This document shows, piece after piece, positions 10,069 through 20,152 of a stretch of DNA of 61,619 nt (the stretch's first letter is position 1; each line of letters begins with the position of its first letter). Where the stretch lies: positions 1-61,619 of IMG/VR virus record IMGVR_UViG_3300007541_006356; one strand, 5' to 3'. A program made the translations under genes and the position numbers. Source of the stretch: a virus. Lineage: Duplodnaviria > Caudoviricetes. The notes below the pieces were generated by a model that worked only from the letters and a program-made list of their open reading frames with translations, ran no database searches and had not been told where the DNA came from.

Positions 10069-11134
10069 AATTATCGTTAGTTTAATGAAAGAAGGGTTTT
10101 CGTATAAAACCCTTTCGTCATTTTCAGATAAACAATTAAAAGTTTTATCTGAAAAAGTCACATACCTCCCAAAAGGTACTGATCCAGAAAAAGCTGAGGA
10201 TACCGCAAATAAAATGGGAGGACCTGTCATTGTCGCTGATGAAAAAGATATTGAAACTGACGCTATGGGTAATCCAGACGTAGAGATAGATGACAAAGAT
10301 CTTCTAAGGGACAGAAAAGAATTAGAAGAAAAATCAGTTTCCAAATCTCAACATGGTTTGATGGGTGCTGCTTATTCAGTCAAAAAAGGTGATAAAAAGT
10401 TGTCTGACATACCTAAATCCTACAGGGACAAGGTTAAAAAATTAGTTGACGATATGTCACTTAAAGATTTGAAAGACTTCGCTAAAACTAAAGAAAAAGG
10501 TTTACCTGAAAAAGTTGACGAGATGTTGGAGTCGTGGATTACAACTTTGGTTGAACGTGATAAAAAAATGGTAAAGAAAAAAGATATTTTAACATTGTCT
10601 GAACAACCACAACCAACAATCGCACCACCAAAAACTACGCCAAAAACAACACCTAGACCTGGCAAACCTTTTGATAGGCCAAAAACAACACCTAAACCTA
10701 AAGCTAAAATATTTAGTTCGATAGAACAAGAAATATCTTACGAATTGTTAGAGTCATACATATCTGATATGGATGGTTATGTTCTAAGATTTAGTGAGAA
10801 AAACCCAACCGAAATTAGGTTTAATATTTTTAACGTAGATGGTGATATGTGGGGTGTGAATATCGGTGATGACGGTGTGATTATGGTGGAAGGTACTCCA
10901 ATTAGAAGAAAGTCTGATTTATTTGGGGTGTTAAATGTTGGAATGGGTGGTGAACTATATGAACAACCACAACCAACAATCGCACCACCAAAAACTACGC
11001 CAAAAACAACACCTAGACCTGGCAAACCTTTTGATAGGCCAAAAACAACACCTAAACCTAAAGCTGGTAAAAATAGTATACCAACGTGGTTTAAATTTTC
11101 ATCTATAAACAACAGAAAAACTAGAAAAAAATGA
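10055..11134 (+). CDS. Hypothetical protein with a DUF3008-like segment and a duplicated Pro/Thr/Lys linker
   Basis: KSVSKSQHGLMGAAYSVKKG...DLKDFAKTKEKGLPEKV resembles DUF3008; EQPQPTIAPPKTTPKTTPRPGKPFDRPKTTPKPKA occurs twice. Confidence 0.7.
   Translation: MLRNKIIVSLMKEGFSYKTLSSFSDKQLKVLSEKVTYLPKGTDPEKAEDTANKMGGPVIVADEKDIETDAMGNPDVEIDDKDLLRDRKELEEKSVSKSQHGLMGAAYSVKKGDKKLSDIPKSYRDKVKKLVDDMSLKDLKDFAKTKEKGLPEKVDEMLESWITTLVERDKKMVKKKDILTLSEQPQPTIAPPKTTPKTTPRPGKPFDRPKTTPKPKAKIFSSIEQEISYELLESYISDMDGYVLRFSEKNPTEIRFNIFNVDGDMWGVNIGDDGVIMVEGTPIRRKSDLFGVLNVGMGGELYEQPQPTIAPPKTTPKTTPRPGKPFDRPKTTPKPKAGKNSIPTWFKFSSINNRKTRKK
10600..11065 (+). repeat. Perfect 106-bp direct repeat pair with 360-bp period
   Basis: 10600-10705 is identical to 10960-11065. 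Confidence 0.95.
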
Positions 11135-12486
11135 GTTCTATTAAAAAATTAATATCAAAAGCACTTAAAGAAGCTCCAATAGATTATGAAGGACCTGAAA
11201 GAATGTCGGGTGACATTGAAAGAAAACTTAGGAGTCGTGAACATCCTTTGGGTGGGAACCCTGGGTTTCCCGATATAGATAGAAGTGGTATACCAGATAA
11301 TTTTGAAGAATTAATCGCGTCTAAAAGATTTAGGGATGTGGTTGAAAAAGTTAAAGCAGCGACAGGTTTGGAACGTATAGATCCAATGACTTTCATGTCT
11401 ATACAACCTATGTTTATGCGAGCTGTATCAGAAGTGATTAGTATCGAGAGAGAACACAAAGAAGAATTGGAAAAGTTAGCTGTAGAATTGGTAGTTTCGG
11501 AGTTGGGTGTACCGGAAGGTGATTTACAGTTTGACGCTAAACTGGAAAAACCTAATATGGAAGGGATGTCCAGAGAACCACAAAAACCTAAAAAGAACCA
11601 AGATTTCGAGAATCCACAAGAGGAAATGGAAGCAGCAGAAAGATTGGAAAAGTTTGACTTAGAAAGGCAAAAAAGAAGATTTATCAACTCACTAATTCAA
11701 GGATCATCCAAAAAAGCTCTGTACCTATATTACATGGTTGAAGAAAGGTTAAATGAGTTAGACCCTCGTTTACTGAATTTATATTCTTTGGTGATGTCAG
11801 TGAACGATTTACTATACTGGGTAATTCCTAACTTAGACCAAATGATGTCCATGCCAGGTGGAGGAGAAGAATCAATGGGTGGTCGTGAAGAATTAAATTT
11901 GGAAACAGACCCCCCAACGATTATCGCTAGAGGTATGATGTTCCCAATATTAGTTCATGAGTTATTTAAAGGTGTTATGGACTACGTTTCAGCTCATGGA
12001 TTACCTTCAGATCCTGAAACCGCGGAAGCTGTTGTCGGTATGGAAGATACTTTACCAGCTGAAGTTTGGGACTTGAGATTAGGTCCAGTAATATGGGAAA
12101 AATTTACTGAAGCGTACCCTAGTGAATTATTTGATTCGGATAAAAGAACAATTCAAAATTACTTGTACTTTAAAATTGTCAGTTTAGAACCAGAAGAATT
12201 TTTTAATTTGACTAGAGAGATGTTGTCGGGCACCCAAAAAGGTAAAGACATGGTAAAGGAAATAGTAGATGGTATTATTAGGGAACTCCAACGTGAAGAG
12301 TATGAGGATGTCATGGGTGGAGACGATGAAGGTGGTGAACTTGAGGTTACTGGACCTGACGAACCGATTACTCCTCAACCACGACAAACATCTGAATTAG
12401 ATTTGGATTCTATCTTGGATAAGATATCGAGAAGTGGGATAGACTCACTAACACCAGACGAAAGAAGATTCTTGGATAGTATATAA
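11131..12486 (+). CDS. Hypothetical protein with a C-terminal DUF6576-like motif
   Basis: C-terminus LDLDSILDKISRSGIDSLTPDERRFLD; internal LVHELFKG. Confidence 0.7.
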   Translation: MSSIKKLISKALKEAPIDYEGPERMSGDIERKLRSREHPLGGNPGFPDIDRSGIPDNFEELIASKRFRDVVEKVKAATGLERIDPMTFMSIQPMFMRAVSEVISIEREHKEELEKLAVELVVSELGVPEGDLQFDAKLEKPNMEGMSREPQKPKKNQDFENPQEEMEAAERLEKFDLERQKRRFINSLIQGSSKKALYLYYMVEERLNELDPRLLNLYSLVMSVNDLLYWVIPNLDQMMSMPGGGEESMGGREELNLETDPPTIIARGMMFPILVHELFKGVMDYVSAHGLPSDPETAEAVVGMEDTLPAEVWDLRLGPVIWEKFTEAYPSELFDSDKRTIQNYLYFKIVSLEPEEFFNLTREMLSGTQKGKDMVKEIVDGIIRELQREEYEDVMGGDDEGGELEVTGPDEPITPQPRQTSELDLDSILDKISRSGIDSLTPDERRFLDSI

Positions 12487-12487
12487 C

Positions 12488-12515
12488 AAAAAGACCCCAA
12501 TTAGGGGTCTTTTTT
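12488..12515 (+). terminator. Intrinsic terminator
   Basis: AAAAAGACCCC-AATTA-GGGGTCTTTTTT. Confidence 0.85.
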
Positions 12516-12546
12516 CTTTTTATAGGTGTTACCGTATTTATAATAT

Positions 12547-14283
12547 ATGGATCAACAACACATATTAGAATACGCGAAATGTTTACAAGACACAAATTAC
12601 GCGATTAAATCATATTTAGAAACTTACGACAATACTCAGAGTAAGTATGTCCCTTTTGAGTTGTTCCCCGAACAAGAAGTGATGTTGAATAACTTTGATA
12701 ACTACGGTGAAAACATCATAAAGAAATATAGACAAGCTGGTGTATCTACCGCGACCGCAGCTTGGGTATCAAAAAAATTACAATTCGCGTCCAAAAAGAA
12801 ACCAGAAAAAGTACTGATTCTCGCCAACAAATTGGATACCGCACAAGAATTTGCTAACAAAATACGTGGTTTCCTAACTCAGTGGCCTGATTGGATGAAT
12901 GTGGGGTTTTCTAAAGAAAAAGATTCACAACGTCATTTTAAATTAAATAATGGTTGTGAGGTCAAAGCGGTCGCGACATCAGTCGACGCTCTTAGAGGTT
13001 ATACACCAACAATATTGATATTTGATGAAGCCGCATATATTGAAGCGGGTGACGATTTATGGGCAGCTTGTATGGCGTCTCTATCAACTGGTGGTCAGGT
13101 AATCGTCATTTCAACACCTAATGGTTACGACAAGATTTATTATGAAGTTTATGATCAAGCTATAAACGGTATTAATAATTTTAAAATATCAGAACTCACG
13201 TGGTACAATGACCCTAGATTCACAAAAGATTTAGTTTGGGTTAAAACTAAAGATATAGTTCACTATATGTTGAATCGTGAAGACTATGACGACAGTAGTA
13301 ATTTATTAGAATATGATTCGAGTAAATTTAACGAACTTATACGTAATGGGTATAAACCATTTTCTTCTTGGTTTGAAACCATGTCTAAAAAATTAAAATT
13401 TGATAGGCGTAAAATATCCCAAGAATTGGAAAGTGCGTTCTTGGGTTCTGGGGATAACGTAATACCGATAGACACTATTGAAACGATAAAACAAACTATG
13501 GTTGAAGATCCGAAGGAAAAATACGCTAGTGGTCAAATGTGGATTTGGGAAGAAGCGGTACCAGGTCACAAATACATTATGGGTGTGGACGTATCTAGAG
13601 GTGATTCTGAAGACTTCACATCAATAGTCGTTGTGGATTTCGACGAGAGAAAACAAGTCGCGGAATACTTAGGTAAAATTCCACCTGATTTAGCTGCGGA
13701 TTTAGCTTTTAAATGGGGGACAATGTACAACGCGTATATTGTTGTGGATATTACTGGAGGTATGGGTGTCGCGACATCTAGAAAATTACAAGAATTGGGT
13801 TATAAACATTTATATGTGGAAGGAGCTAATACCGCTGATAAATGGAAATACGACCCAAAATTAATGGATAAAATACCTGGAATTAATTTTAACACTAAGA
13901 GAACACAAATAGTGTCTTCGTTTGAAGAAGCTCTGAGACATGGTTTTATAATAAAATCATCTAGATTATTAAATGAAATGTATACGTTTGTTTTCATAAA
14001 CGGTAAACCTGACCACATGAAAGGTAAACATGACGACCTTATAATGGCTACCGCTATGGCTATTTATGTGGGGGAAAACTCATTTTCCCAATTACAAAAA
14101 GCAGACAACTTGACTCGAGCTATGTTGGATAGTTGGGTTAAGACAGAACACGAATCCCAAGGTAGACCAGTTACGTTAAAACCAACACCAAACAGTTCAG
14201 TATTGACACCACATATAAATCATAACGCTACCCAACAACAAGTCTATAGAGAGTATTCTTGGTTATTTGGGGTTAGAAGATAA
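12547..14283 (+). CDS. terL: Terminase large subunit (T4 gp17-like)
   Basis: FELFPEQ, KYRQAGVST (Walker A), LIFDEAAYI (Walker B), ISTPNG, nuclease MGVDVSRGDSEDF, KHDDLIMA. Confidence 0.95.
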   Translation: MDQQHILEYAKCLQDTNYAIKSYLETYDNTQSKYVPFELFPEQEVMLNNFDNYGENIIKKYRQAGVSTATAAWVSKKLQFASKKKPEKVLILANKLDTAQEFANKIRGFLTQWPDWMNVGFSKEKDSQRHFKLNNGCEVKAVATSVDALRGYTPTILIFDEAAYIEAGDDLWAACMASLSTGGQVIVISTPNGYDKIYYEVYDQAINGINNFKISELTWYNDPRFTKDLVWVKTKDIVHYMLNREDYDDSSNLLEYDSSKFNELIRNGYKPFSSWFETMSKKLKFDRRKISQELESAFLGSGDNVIPIDTIETIKQTMVEDPKEKYASGQMWIWEEAVPGHKYIMGVDVSRGDSEDFTSIVVVDFDERKQVAEYLGKIPPDLAADLAFKWGTMYNAYIVVDITGGMGVATSRKLQELGYKHLYVEGANTADKWKYDPKLMDKIPGINFNTKRTQIVSSFEEALRHGFIIKSSRLLNEMYTFVFINGKPDHMKGKHDDLIMATAMAIYVGENSFSQLQKADNLTRAMLDSWVKTEHESQGRPVTLKPTPNSSVLTPHINHNATQQQVYREYSWLFGVRR

Positions 14284-14323
14284 TTAATATTCACTATTTA
14301 TTCAAGACTAATATATTTAATAT

Positions 14324-16189
14324 ATGGCAAAAAATTTGACAGTATATCAAAGGTTAAGTAGATTATTTGGTCCTGAAGGTCCTAAAACTCAACAACCGAC
14401 CTACCAACAATTTAAATTGAGTGGTAAGGAAATTTTAAAAACCCAATCAAAGGTTGAGTTTGAAAAACAACAATTACAAGCACAGCAAACTTTATATTTA
14501 GCTAAACAATGGCAAAAAATAGATAATGAGTTATATACTCAGTCGATATACTATGAACCAACTAGATTAGCTTCTTACTATGATTACGAGTCTATGGAGT
14601 TTACACCCGAGATTTCAGCAGCTTTGGACATTTACGCTGAAGAGTCAACTACACCTTCTGAAGATGGTTACACGTTGACTATATATTCTGAATCAACACG
14701 TATAAAGTCCATATTAGCTGACCTATTTAATAATATCTTAGACATCACTACAAATTTACCAATGTGGACTAGAAACACTTGTAAGTATGGTGATAATTTT
14801 GTTTACTTAAAAATCGATCCAGAAAAAGGTATAATAGGTTGTTACCAATTACCTAACATTGAAGTGGAACGTGTTGAGAGTGGTAATTACCCAAATGTCT
14901 ACGGTAATGATGAAAACAAAGAACGAAAACTAAAATTTATTTGGAAAGAGAAGAACTTAGAGTTTAATTCATGGGAAATGGCTCACTTTAGACTTTTAGG
15001 TGATGATAGGAGACTACCTTATGGTACATCTATGTTAGAAAAAGCTAGACGAACATGGAAACAATTACTATTGTCTGAAGACGCGATGTTAGTTTATAGG
15101 ACATCTCGTGCACCGGAAAGAAGAGTATTTAAAATATTTGTTGGTAACATGGACGATAAAGATGTGGAAGCTTATGTACAACGTGTCGCTAACAAATTTA
15201 AACGTGACCCGGTGGTTGACCCAACTAATGGAAATGTGGATTTAAGATACAATCAAATGGCTGTAGATCAAGACTTTTTTATTCCAGTGAGAGATCCAGC
15301 AGCACCAAACCCAATTGAAACATTACCTGGTGCAACAAATTTATCTGAAATCGCTGACATAGAATATATACAAAAGAAACTGTTAGCGGCACTTAGAATA
15401 CCTAAAGCGTTTTTAGGTTTTGAAGATGTGGTCGGTGAAGGTAAAAATTTGGCCCTGTTGGACATAAGATTCGCTAGAACTATCAACCGTATACAGAAGT
15501 CTATGATTCAGGAATTGAATAAAATAGCTATTATTCATCTTTACATTTTAGGTTTCGAAGAAGAATTGGACAATTTTTCTTTAGGTTTAACTAACCCATC
15601 TACACAAGCTGATTTATTAAAAATAGAACAATGGTCAACTAAAATAGCACTTTATAAAGACGCGGTAGGTGACCCTGGAACTGGTATCGCTCCAGTGTCT
15701 AGTACATGGGCTAAAAAACACATATTAGGTTTCAGTGATGATGACATTAAATTAGATTTACAACAACAAAGATTTGAAAAAGCGATAGCTCAAGAATTGG
15801 AAAAGACTGGTGAAATAATTAAGAAAACAGGAGTATTCAACACTATCGACAAATTATACGGTGATATTGAAAAAACTGAGGAAGAAGGTGGTGAAACTTC
15901 TGGTGAAGGGGATGATGAGACCGCGACAGGTGCTGAAGGTTTAGGTTTTGATTTTGGTGGCGGTGAGACTGAACCTACCCCCGATTTGGGAGGTATAGGT
16001 GGTGAAACAACACCTGAACCCACTGGTGAAACTGAACCAGCAGCTGAATCGTATAAAATAGAAAAAGATTTACCTCTAATATTGGAACACAAAGGTATAT
16101 TTTTACCAAACATAGATAAAAAAGTTAAAGACACTAATATTGAAATTGGGAAACTAAACAAACAAATAGACGATTTACTCAATGAATGA
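14324..16189 (+). CDS. Portal protein (T4 gp20-like)
   Basis: PEISAALDIYAEE, LSEDAMLVYRTSRAPERRVFKIFVGN, DFFIPVR, IETLPG, DIEYIQKKLLAALRIP; follows terL. Confidence 0.95.
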   Translation: MAKNLTVYQRLSRLFGPEGPKTQQPTYQQFKLSGKEILKTQSKVEFEKQQLQAQQTLYLAKQWQKIDNELYTQSIYYEPTRLASYYDYESMEFTPEISAALDIYAEESTTPSEDGYTLTIYSESTRIKSILADLFNNILDITTNLPMWTRNTCKYGDNFVYLKIDPEKGIIGCYQLPNIEVERVESGNYPNVYGNDENKERKLKFIWKEKNLEFNSWEMAHFRLLGDDRRLPYGTSMLEKARRTWKQLLLSEDAMLVYRTSRAPERRVFKIFVGNMDDKDVEAYVQRVANKFKRDPVVDPTNGNVDLRYNQMAVDQDFFIPVRDPAAPNPIETLPGATNLSEIADIEYIQKKLLAALRIPKAFLGFEDVVGEGKNLALLDIRFARTINRIQKSMIQELNKIAIIHLYILGFEEELDNFSLGLTNPSTQADLLKIEQWSTKIALYKDAVGDPGTGIAPVSSTWAKKHILGFSDDDIKLDLQQQRFEKAIAQELEKTGEIIKKTGVFNTIDKLYGDIEKTEEEGGETSGEGDDETATGAEGLGFDFGGGETEPTPDLGGIGGETTPEPTGETEPAAESYKIEKDLPLILEHKGIFLPNIDKKVKDTNIEIGKLNKQIDDLLNE

Positions 16190-16214
16190 TATTTATTTAT
16201 AAATCATTTTTATT

Positions 16215-16958
16215 ATGAAACCATTTGGATACTACAAGAAAGGGATAGACTCTATTTTAGAAAACACCTATACAAACAAGAAACTATTTAAAGAAAATTT
16301 TCACGTTGTTATGGGTGCTATGAAACTCTCTAAAGATTTTAGAGAATTTTTCACACTTTACAATGACATAGAATCTTCACCAAATGTTGAAAAGTATTCT
16401 GAACAGTATTTAAATGAAACTATCGACTATTTAAGACCTAAAATAGAAAATATTAGAAAAACTTGTAAAATTCTTGACAAAGTTTTTGAATCAAGGGAAT
16501 CAATTATTGACCGTAAAGATAATGTATTTTATGACAATTTAGATTATCTAATTTTTAAAACTGGGTCTAAATCATTAGATAAAAGAATTGAATCTAAACA
16601 TACATTAATAGAATCAATTAAGAATAGAAAAACAATCTCTAGTTTAGGTACTAAAGTATCACCTAACATCCTATCGTATACGTTGTCTGAAAATTTCAAT
16701 AAAGAATATTCTTCACTATCAGACAATGAAAAGAAACTAATAAGTGAAGTCATCACTATGGATTCTAATACAATTAATGAAGAAATAAAATCGGAAAAAA
16801 AGTCTTTATTGACTAAGTTAAATATTTTAATAAGTGAGAATAAAGAAAATTCACTAATTGAAAAATTAGTTGAAACTAAAAATCGTGTACTAGAGTCCAA
16901 AAATGACAAATTAACACTTATAAAACTAAAACAACTGAGTGAAGATTTGAATTCTTAA
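16215..16958 (+). CDS. Hypothetical head-module protein
   Basis: 247-aa helical ORF between portal and protease, preceded by TATTTAT. Confidence 0.7.
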   Translation: MKPFGYYKKGIDSILENTYTNKKLFKENFHVVMGAMKLSKDFREFFTLYNDIESSPNVEKYSEQYLNETIDYLRPKIENIRKTCKILDKVFESRESIIDRKDNVFYDNLDYLIFKTGSKSLDKRIESKHTLIESIKNRKTISSLGTKVSPNILSYTLSENFNKEYSSLSDNEKKLISEVITMDSNTINEEIKSEKKSLLTKLNILISENKENSLIEKLVETKNRVLESKNDKLTLIKLKQLSEDLNS

Positions 16959-16998
16959 CATTTCATGTTTATACTTTTAACAAAGGTATAAAAAAAAT

Positions 16999-17427
16999 AT
17001 GAAAACAGGAAAAAAAATTCCCTTAAATGTGGATTCTAAATTTAAATCACATTTTGGGACAGTTGATTCCAAAAATTTAAAATCAATATATATTCAATTT
17101 TCTACATGGGTTGAACCCATAAATGAGTCTTCTTGTTGGGATTGTGTAGTTAAAAGTTTTGAAAAATCTATAAAGACAAATGTAAACAAATATTTGGATT
17201 TAAAAAAATTTAAACCAAAAACAATTGTTGATTTAGATTTAAGGAGTAGTGGAATTGAAACAAATAAAAGATCATTTTTAAAGTGTGAAATAACTTTATT
17301 CACAAACACCGATTTAAATTTAAAAAGTCCGTTATTGATTGGTGATTTAAATGAAATGACTAATAAGTTAATTGATTGTGAAAAACATAAAAGTGAACAT
17401 TTTAATTTCTTTTCCACTAAATCTTAA
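16999..17427 (+). CDS. Hypothetical protein
   Basis: 142-aa ORF with an A-rich start context. Confidence 0.7.
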   Translation: MKTGKKIPLNVDSKFKSHFGTVDSKNLKSIYIQFSTWVEPINESSCWDCVVKSFEKSIKTNVNKYLDLKKFKPKTIVDLDLRSSGIETNKRSFLKCEITLFTNTDLNLKSPLLIGDLNEMTNKLIDCEKHKSEHFNFFSTKS

Positions 17428-17495
17428 CTAACTTAGTTTTTTTCTTAACCCATTAATATTTATTATGTAGAATAACAAATTAAAAAAATATAGAA

Positions 17496-18011
17496 ATGGG
17501 TTTTATTGACAATTCTAACAGTGGTATTGGTGGTACCGCAACACCTAACACACTTTACGCTTCAGCTGTATCCGAAAACCAGTTAAGTATTTATAACTAC
17601 AATAATGTATATTTCCATTATAGTTTATCTGGTGGTTCAGAAGGCGGTGTATTAACTTTATCTCAACAAGGTTGTTACCACAACGGTCAACCCATGTGGA
17701 CGTTTGAGGATGGTGTTTACAGTAGTGGATCTTTAGGTGTAAGTGACCCTTGTGGTTCCAAATCACACCAATTAAGATATGGTGGTATGGGAAGTCAAGG
17801 TAGCTGGGAGTTGTTAACTCATGGTTACATACATTCGTTTACGACTAATAACTCACTTAACATGTTCCTCACTCAAAGTTCGGGTACCACTGGTTGGAAT
17901 TCGTACAGTGCATCTACCGATAATTACCCATATGGTAGATTTAGATTAGGTTCAGATGTTTATTCAGCAACCACAATAACAGCTATAACCACGACAGGTA
18001 CAATATTATAA
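17496..18011 (+). CDS. Gly/Ser/Thr-rich hypothetical protein (possible capsid decoration)
   Basis: Self-contained unit: TATTTAT at 17457-17463 and its own terminator. Confidence 0.65.
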   Translation: MGFIDNSNSGIGGTATPNTLYASAVSENQLSIYNYNNVYFHYSLSGGSEGGVLTLSQQGCYHNGQPMWTFEDGVYSSGSLGVSDPCGSKSHQLRYGGMGSQGSWELLTHGYIHSFTTNNSLNMFLTQSSGTTGWNSYSASTDNYPYGRFRLGSDVYSATTITAITTTGTIL

Positions 18012-18028
18012 TAATTCATTGAAATTAT

Positions 18029-18056
18029 AAAGCCCTCACTACTGAGGGCTTTTTTT
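18029..18056 (+). terminator. Intrinsic terminator
   Basis: AAAGCCCTCA-CTAC-TGAGGGCTTTTTTT. Confidence 0.88.
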
Positions 18057-18090
18057 ATGCTTGACTTAATATTTATCTAAAAAATATAAT

Positions 18091-18786
18091 ATGAAAATAC
18101 TTGCACCAGGTGAAGTTGGTCGTGGAATTCTTATTGAGTATGACGCTGGATATGTGTCACCAAGTGAGAATTCAAAAATCATAAAAGAAATATCTGACCC
18201 AGATTTCGACAAGGAGGTTGAAATGTACTGTGTACTGCAAAAGTATGACACACCCAATAGGAATGGTAGAATATACCCTGAAAAAATACTAAAACGTGAA
18301 GTTCAGAAATATCAGGACATGATACGTAGAGGTAGTTCAATTTCTGAATTAAATCACCCCGAATCTTCACTTATTGATTTGGAACGAACCTCACACATTA
18401 TAACTGAAACTTTTTGGGATGGTATTAGACTTATAGGTCGGTTAAAACTATTAACGACACCTGGATACCATAAAAGTGGTGTTGTTTCTAGTATGGGTGA
18501 TATAGCAGCTAATCTATTAAGACAAGGTGTAACGTTAGGTATTTCGTCTAGAGGTGTAGGTTCACTTAAAAAGAATGGTCAATATAATGAGGTTCAAGAT
18601 GATTTTGAATTAATATGTTTTGATTTAGTTTCATCACCATCGACACCAGGTTCGTACCTATTTAAAAACTTAGATGATGTGGATAAATATGATGAAGTGT
18701 TAGAAAACCACATAAGGACTAACGACACTACGATGGATAAAGCTTCAAACTTAATGAAAAGATTGGACAATTTTTTAAGTAGATAA
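18091..18786 (+). CDS. Prohead core protease (T4 gp21-like)
   Basis: NRNGRIYP, ELNHP (catalytic His), LGISSRGVGS (catalytic Ser), FDLVSSPSTPG. Confidence 0.93.
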   Translation: MKILAPGEVGRGILIEYDAGYVSPSENSKIIKEISDPDFDKEVEMYCVLQKYDTPNRNGRIYPEKILKREVQKYQDMIRRGSSISELNHPESSLIDLERTSHIITETFWDGIRLIGRLKLLTTPGYHKSGVVSSMGDIAANLLRQGVTLGISSRGVGSLKKNGQYNEVQDDFELICFDLVSSPSTPGSYLFKNLDDVDKYDEVLENHIRTNDTTMDKASNLMKRLDNFLSR

Positions 18787-18869
18787 ATAAAAAATTATAC
18801 TTAAGAATAAAATAAAAATGGTTTTTTATAAAATCAAATATATTTATTAAGAAAATCACAATAAAAAGT

Positions 18870-20123
18870 ATGTCAAAACTAATAGAAAAAGCGTTGCTCG
18901 AAGCTGAACAGTTGGAAGAAACTATGAAAGCTAACGCAAAAGAAATACTTTCTTCAACCATGAAGGAAGAAATTCAAGATTTAGTAAAAGAATCGTTATC
19001 TGAAGAGTACGATTATATTGAAGAGCAGGATGAAGATGAAGAAGGAATTGAATCCGAAATCGAAGCTGAAGATTTTGAAGATTTTGAAGGTCTTGAGGAC
19101 CTTGAAGACTTCGAAGATGAAGGTTTAGAGTTGGGGATGGAATTCGACGTAGAGGACGAGACTGAAGAATTTGATTCTGACGAACTGCCACCTCTCGATT
19201 TAACTGACGCTTCTGATGAAGAAGTAATAAAGGTATTCAAAGCTATGGGAGACGAAGACGGTATCATCATTAAACAAAGTGGTGATGAAATTCATTTGTC
19301 AGACGGTGAGGATGAGTACTTAATAAAATTACAAGAAAACATGAAAAGAAAAGAAGAAATGTCTGAAATGGAAGGCATGGAAGAAACTATGTACGAAATC
19401 GAAATGGATGAGGAAGGCATGGAAGATGAGGAAGTCATGTACGAAATCGAGATGGAAGAAGGTCAAGGTTATGATGACCGAGAAGATGAAAGACTAGGCA
19501 TGAAACACGGTAAAATGTCATCTAAAGATTTAAAATCAATGAAATCTAGAAGAGATGATGCTCGTTTTGAAGATCGAGAAATGGGTGAAGCTGCACGTCA
19601 AAACAATTTAGGTCAAAGAATGAGAACTGGAAACAGAACTAATTCTTATAATAAAGAATCAAGAAAACACGCTGGTATTCGTTTACCAGAAAGTGAAATG
19701 TCTCGTAATTACAAACTCCTTAAAGAAGAAGTGGAGTCACTTAAAACTAAAAATGGTGAGTACAAAAAAGCACTTGTAACATTTAAAGAAAAATTAAATG
19801 AAGTGGGTATTTTTAACTCTAACTTAGCTTACGCGACAAGACTTTTCACCGAACACTCAACAACTAAACAAGAGAAAGTTAACATTCTTAGAAGATTTGA
19901 CAATGTTAAATCATTGAAAGAGTCTAAAGAGTTGTACAAAGTGATTAAGGAGGAATTATCTCAGAATGTTTCTTCTACTAATTCAAAGAAAAATATTTCA
20001 GAAGCGGTAGAAAGAAAAATAACTAATTCTCCGACTAGTGGATCTAAAACAAAACTAATGGAAACCAAAGTTTACGAAAATCCACAGTTTACGAGAATAA
20101 AAGACTTAATGTCTAAAATTTAA
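18870..20123 (+). CDS. Prohead scaffold/core protein (T4 gp22-like position)
   Basis: Very acidic, coiled-coil protein between protease and major capsid genes; many L/I/M-x-E sites. Confidence 0.75.
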   Translation: MSKLIEKALLEAEQLEETMKANAKEILSSTMKEEIQDLVKESLSEEYDYIEEQDEDEEGIESEIEAEDFEDFEGLEDLEDFEDEGLELGMEFDVEDETEEFDSDELPPLDLTDASDEEVIKVFKAMGDEDGIIIKQSGDEIHLSDGEDEYLIKLQENMKRKEEMSEMEGMEETMYEIEMDEEGMEDEEVMYEIEMEEGQGYDDREDERLGMKHGKMSSKDLKSMKSRRDDARFEDREMGEAARQNNLGQRMRTGNRTNSYNKESRKHAGIRLPESEMSRNYKLLKEEVESLKTKNGEYKKALVTFKEKLNEVGIFNSNLAYATRLFTEHSTTKQEKVNILRRFDNVKSLKESKELYKVIKEELSQNVSSTNSKKNISEAVERKITNSPTSGSKTKLMETKVYENPQFTRIKDLMSKI

Positions 20124-20152
20124 TAAACGTTTTTCTAAAAAATCTTAAAAAA

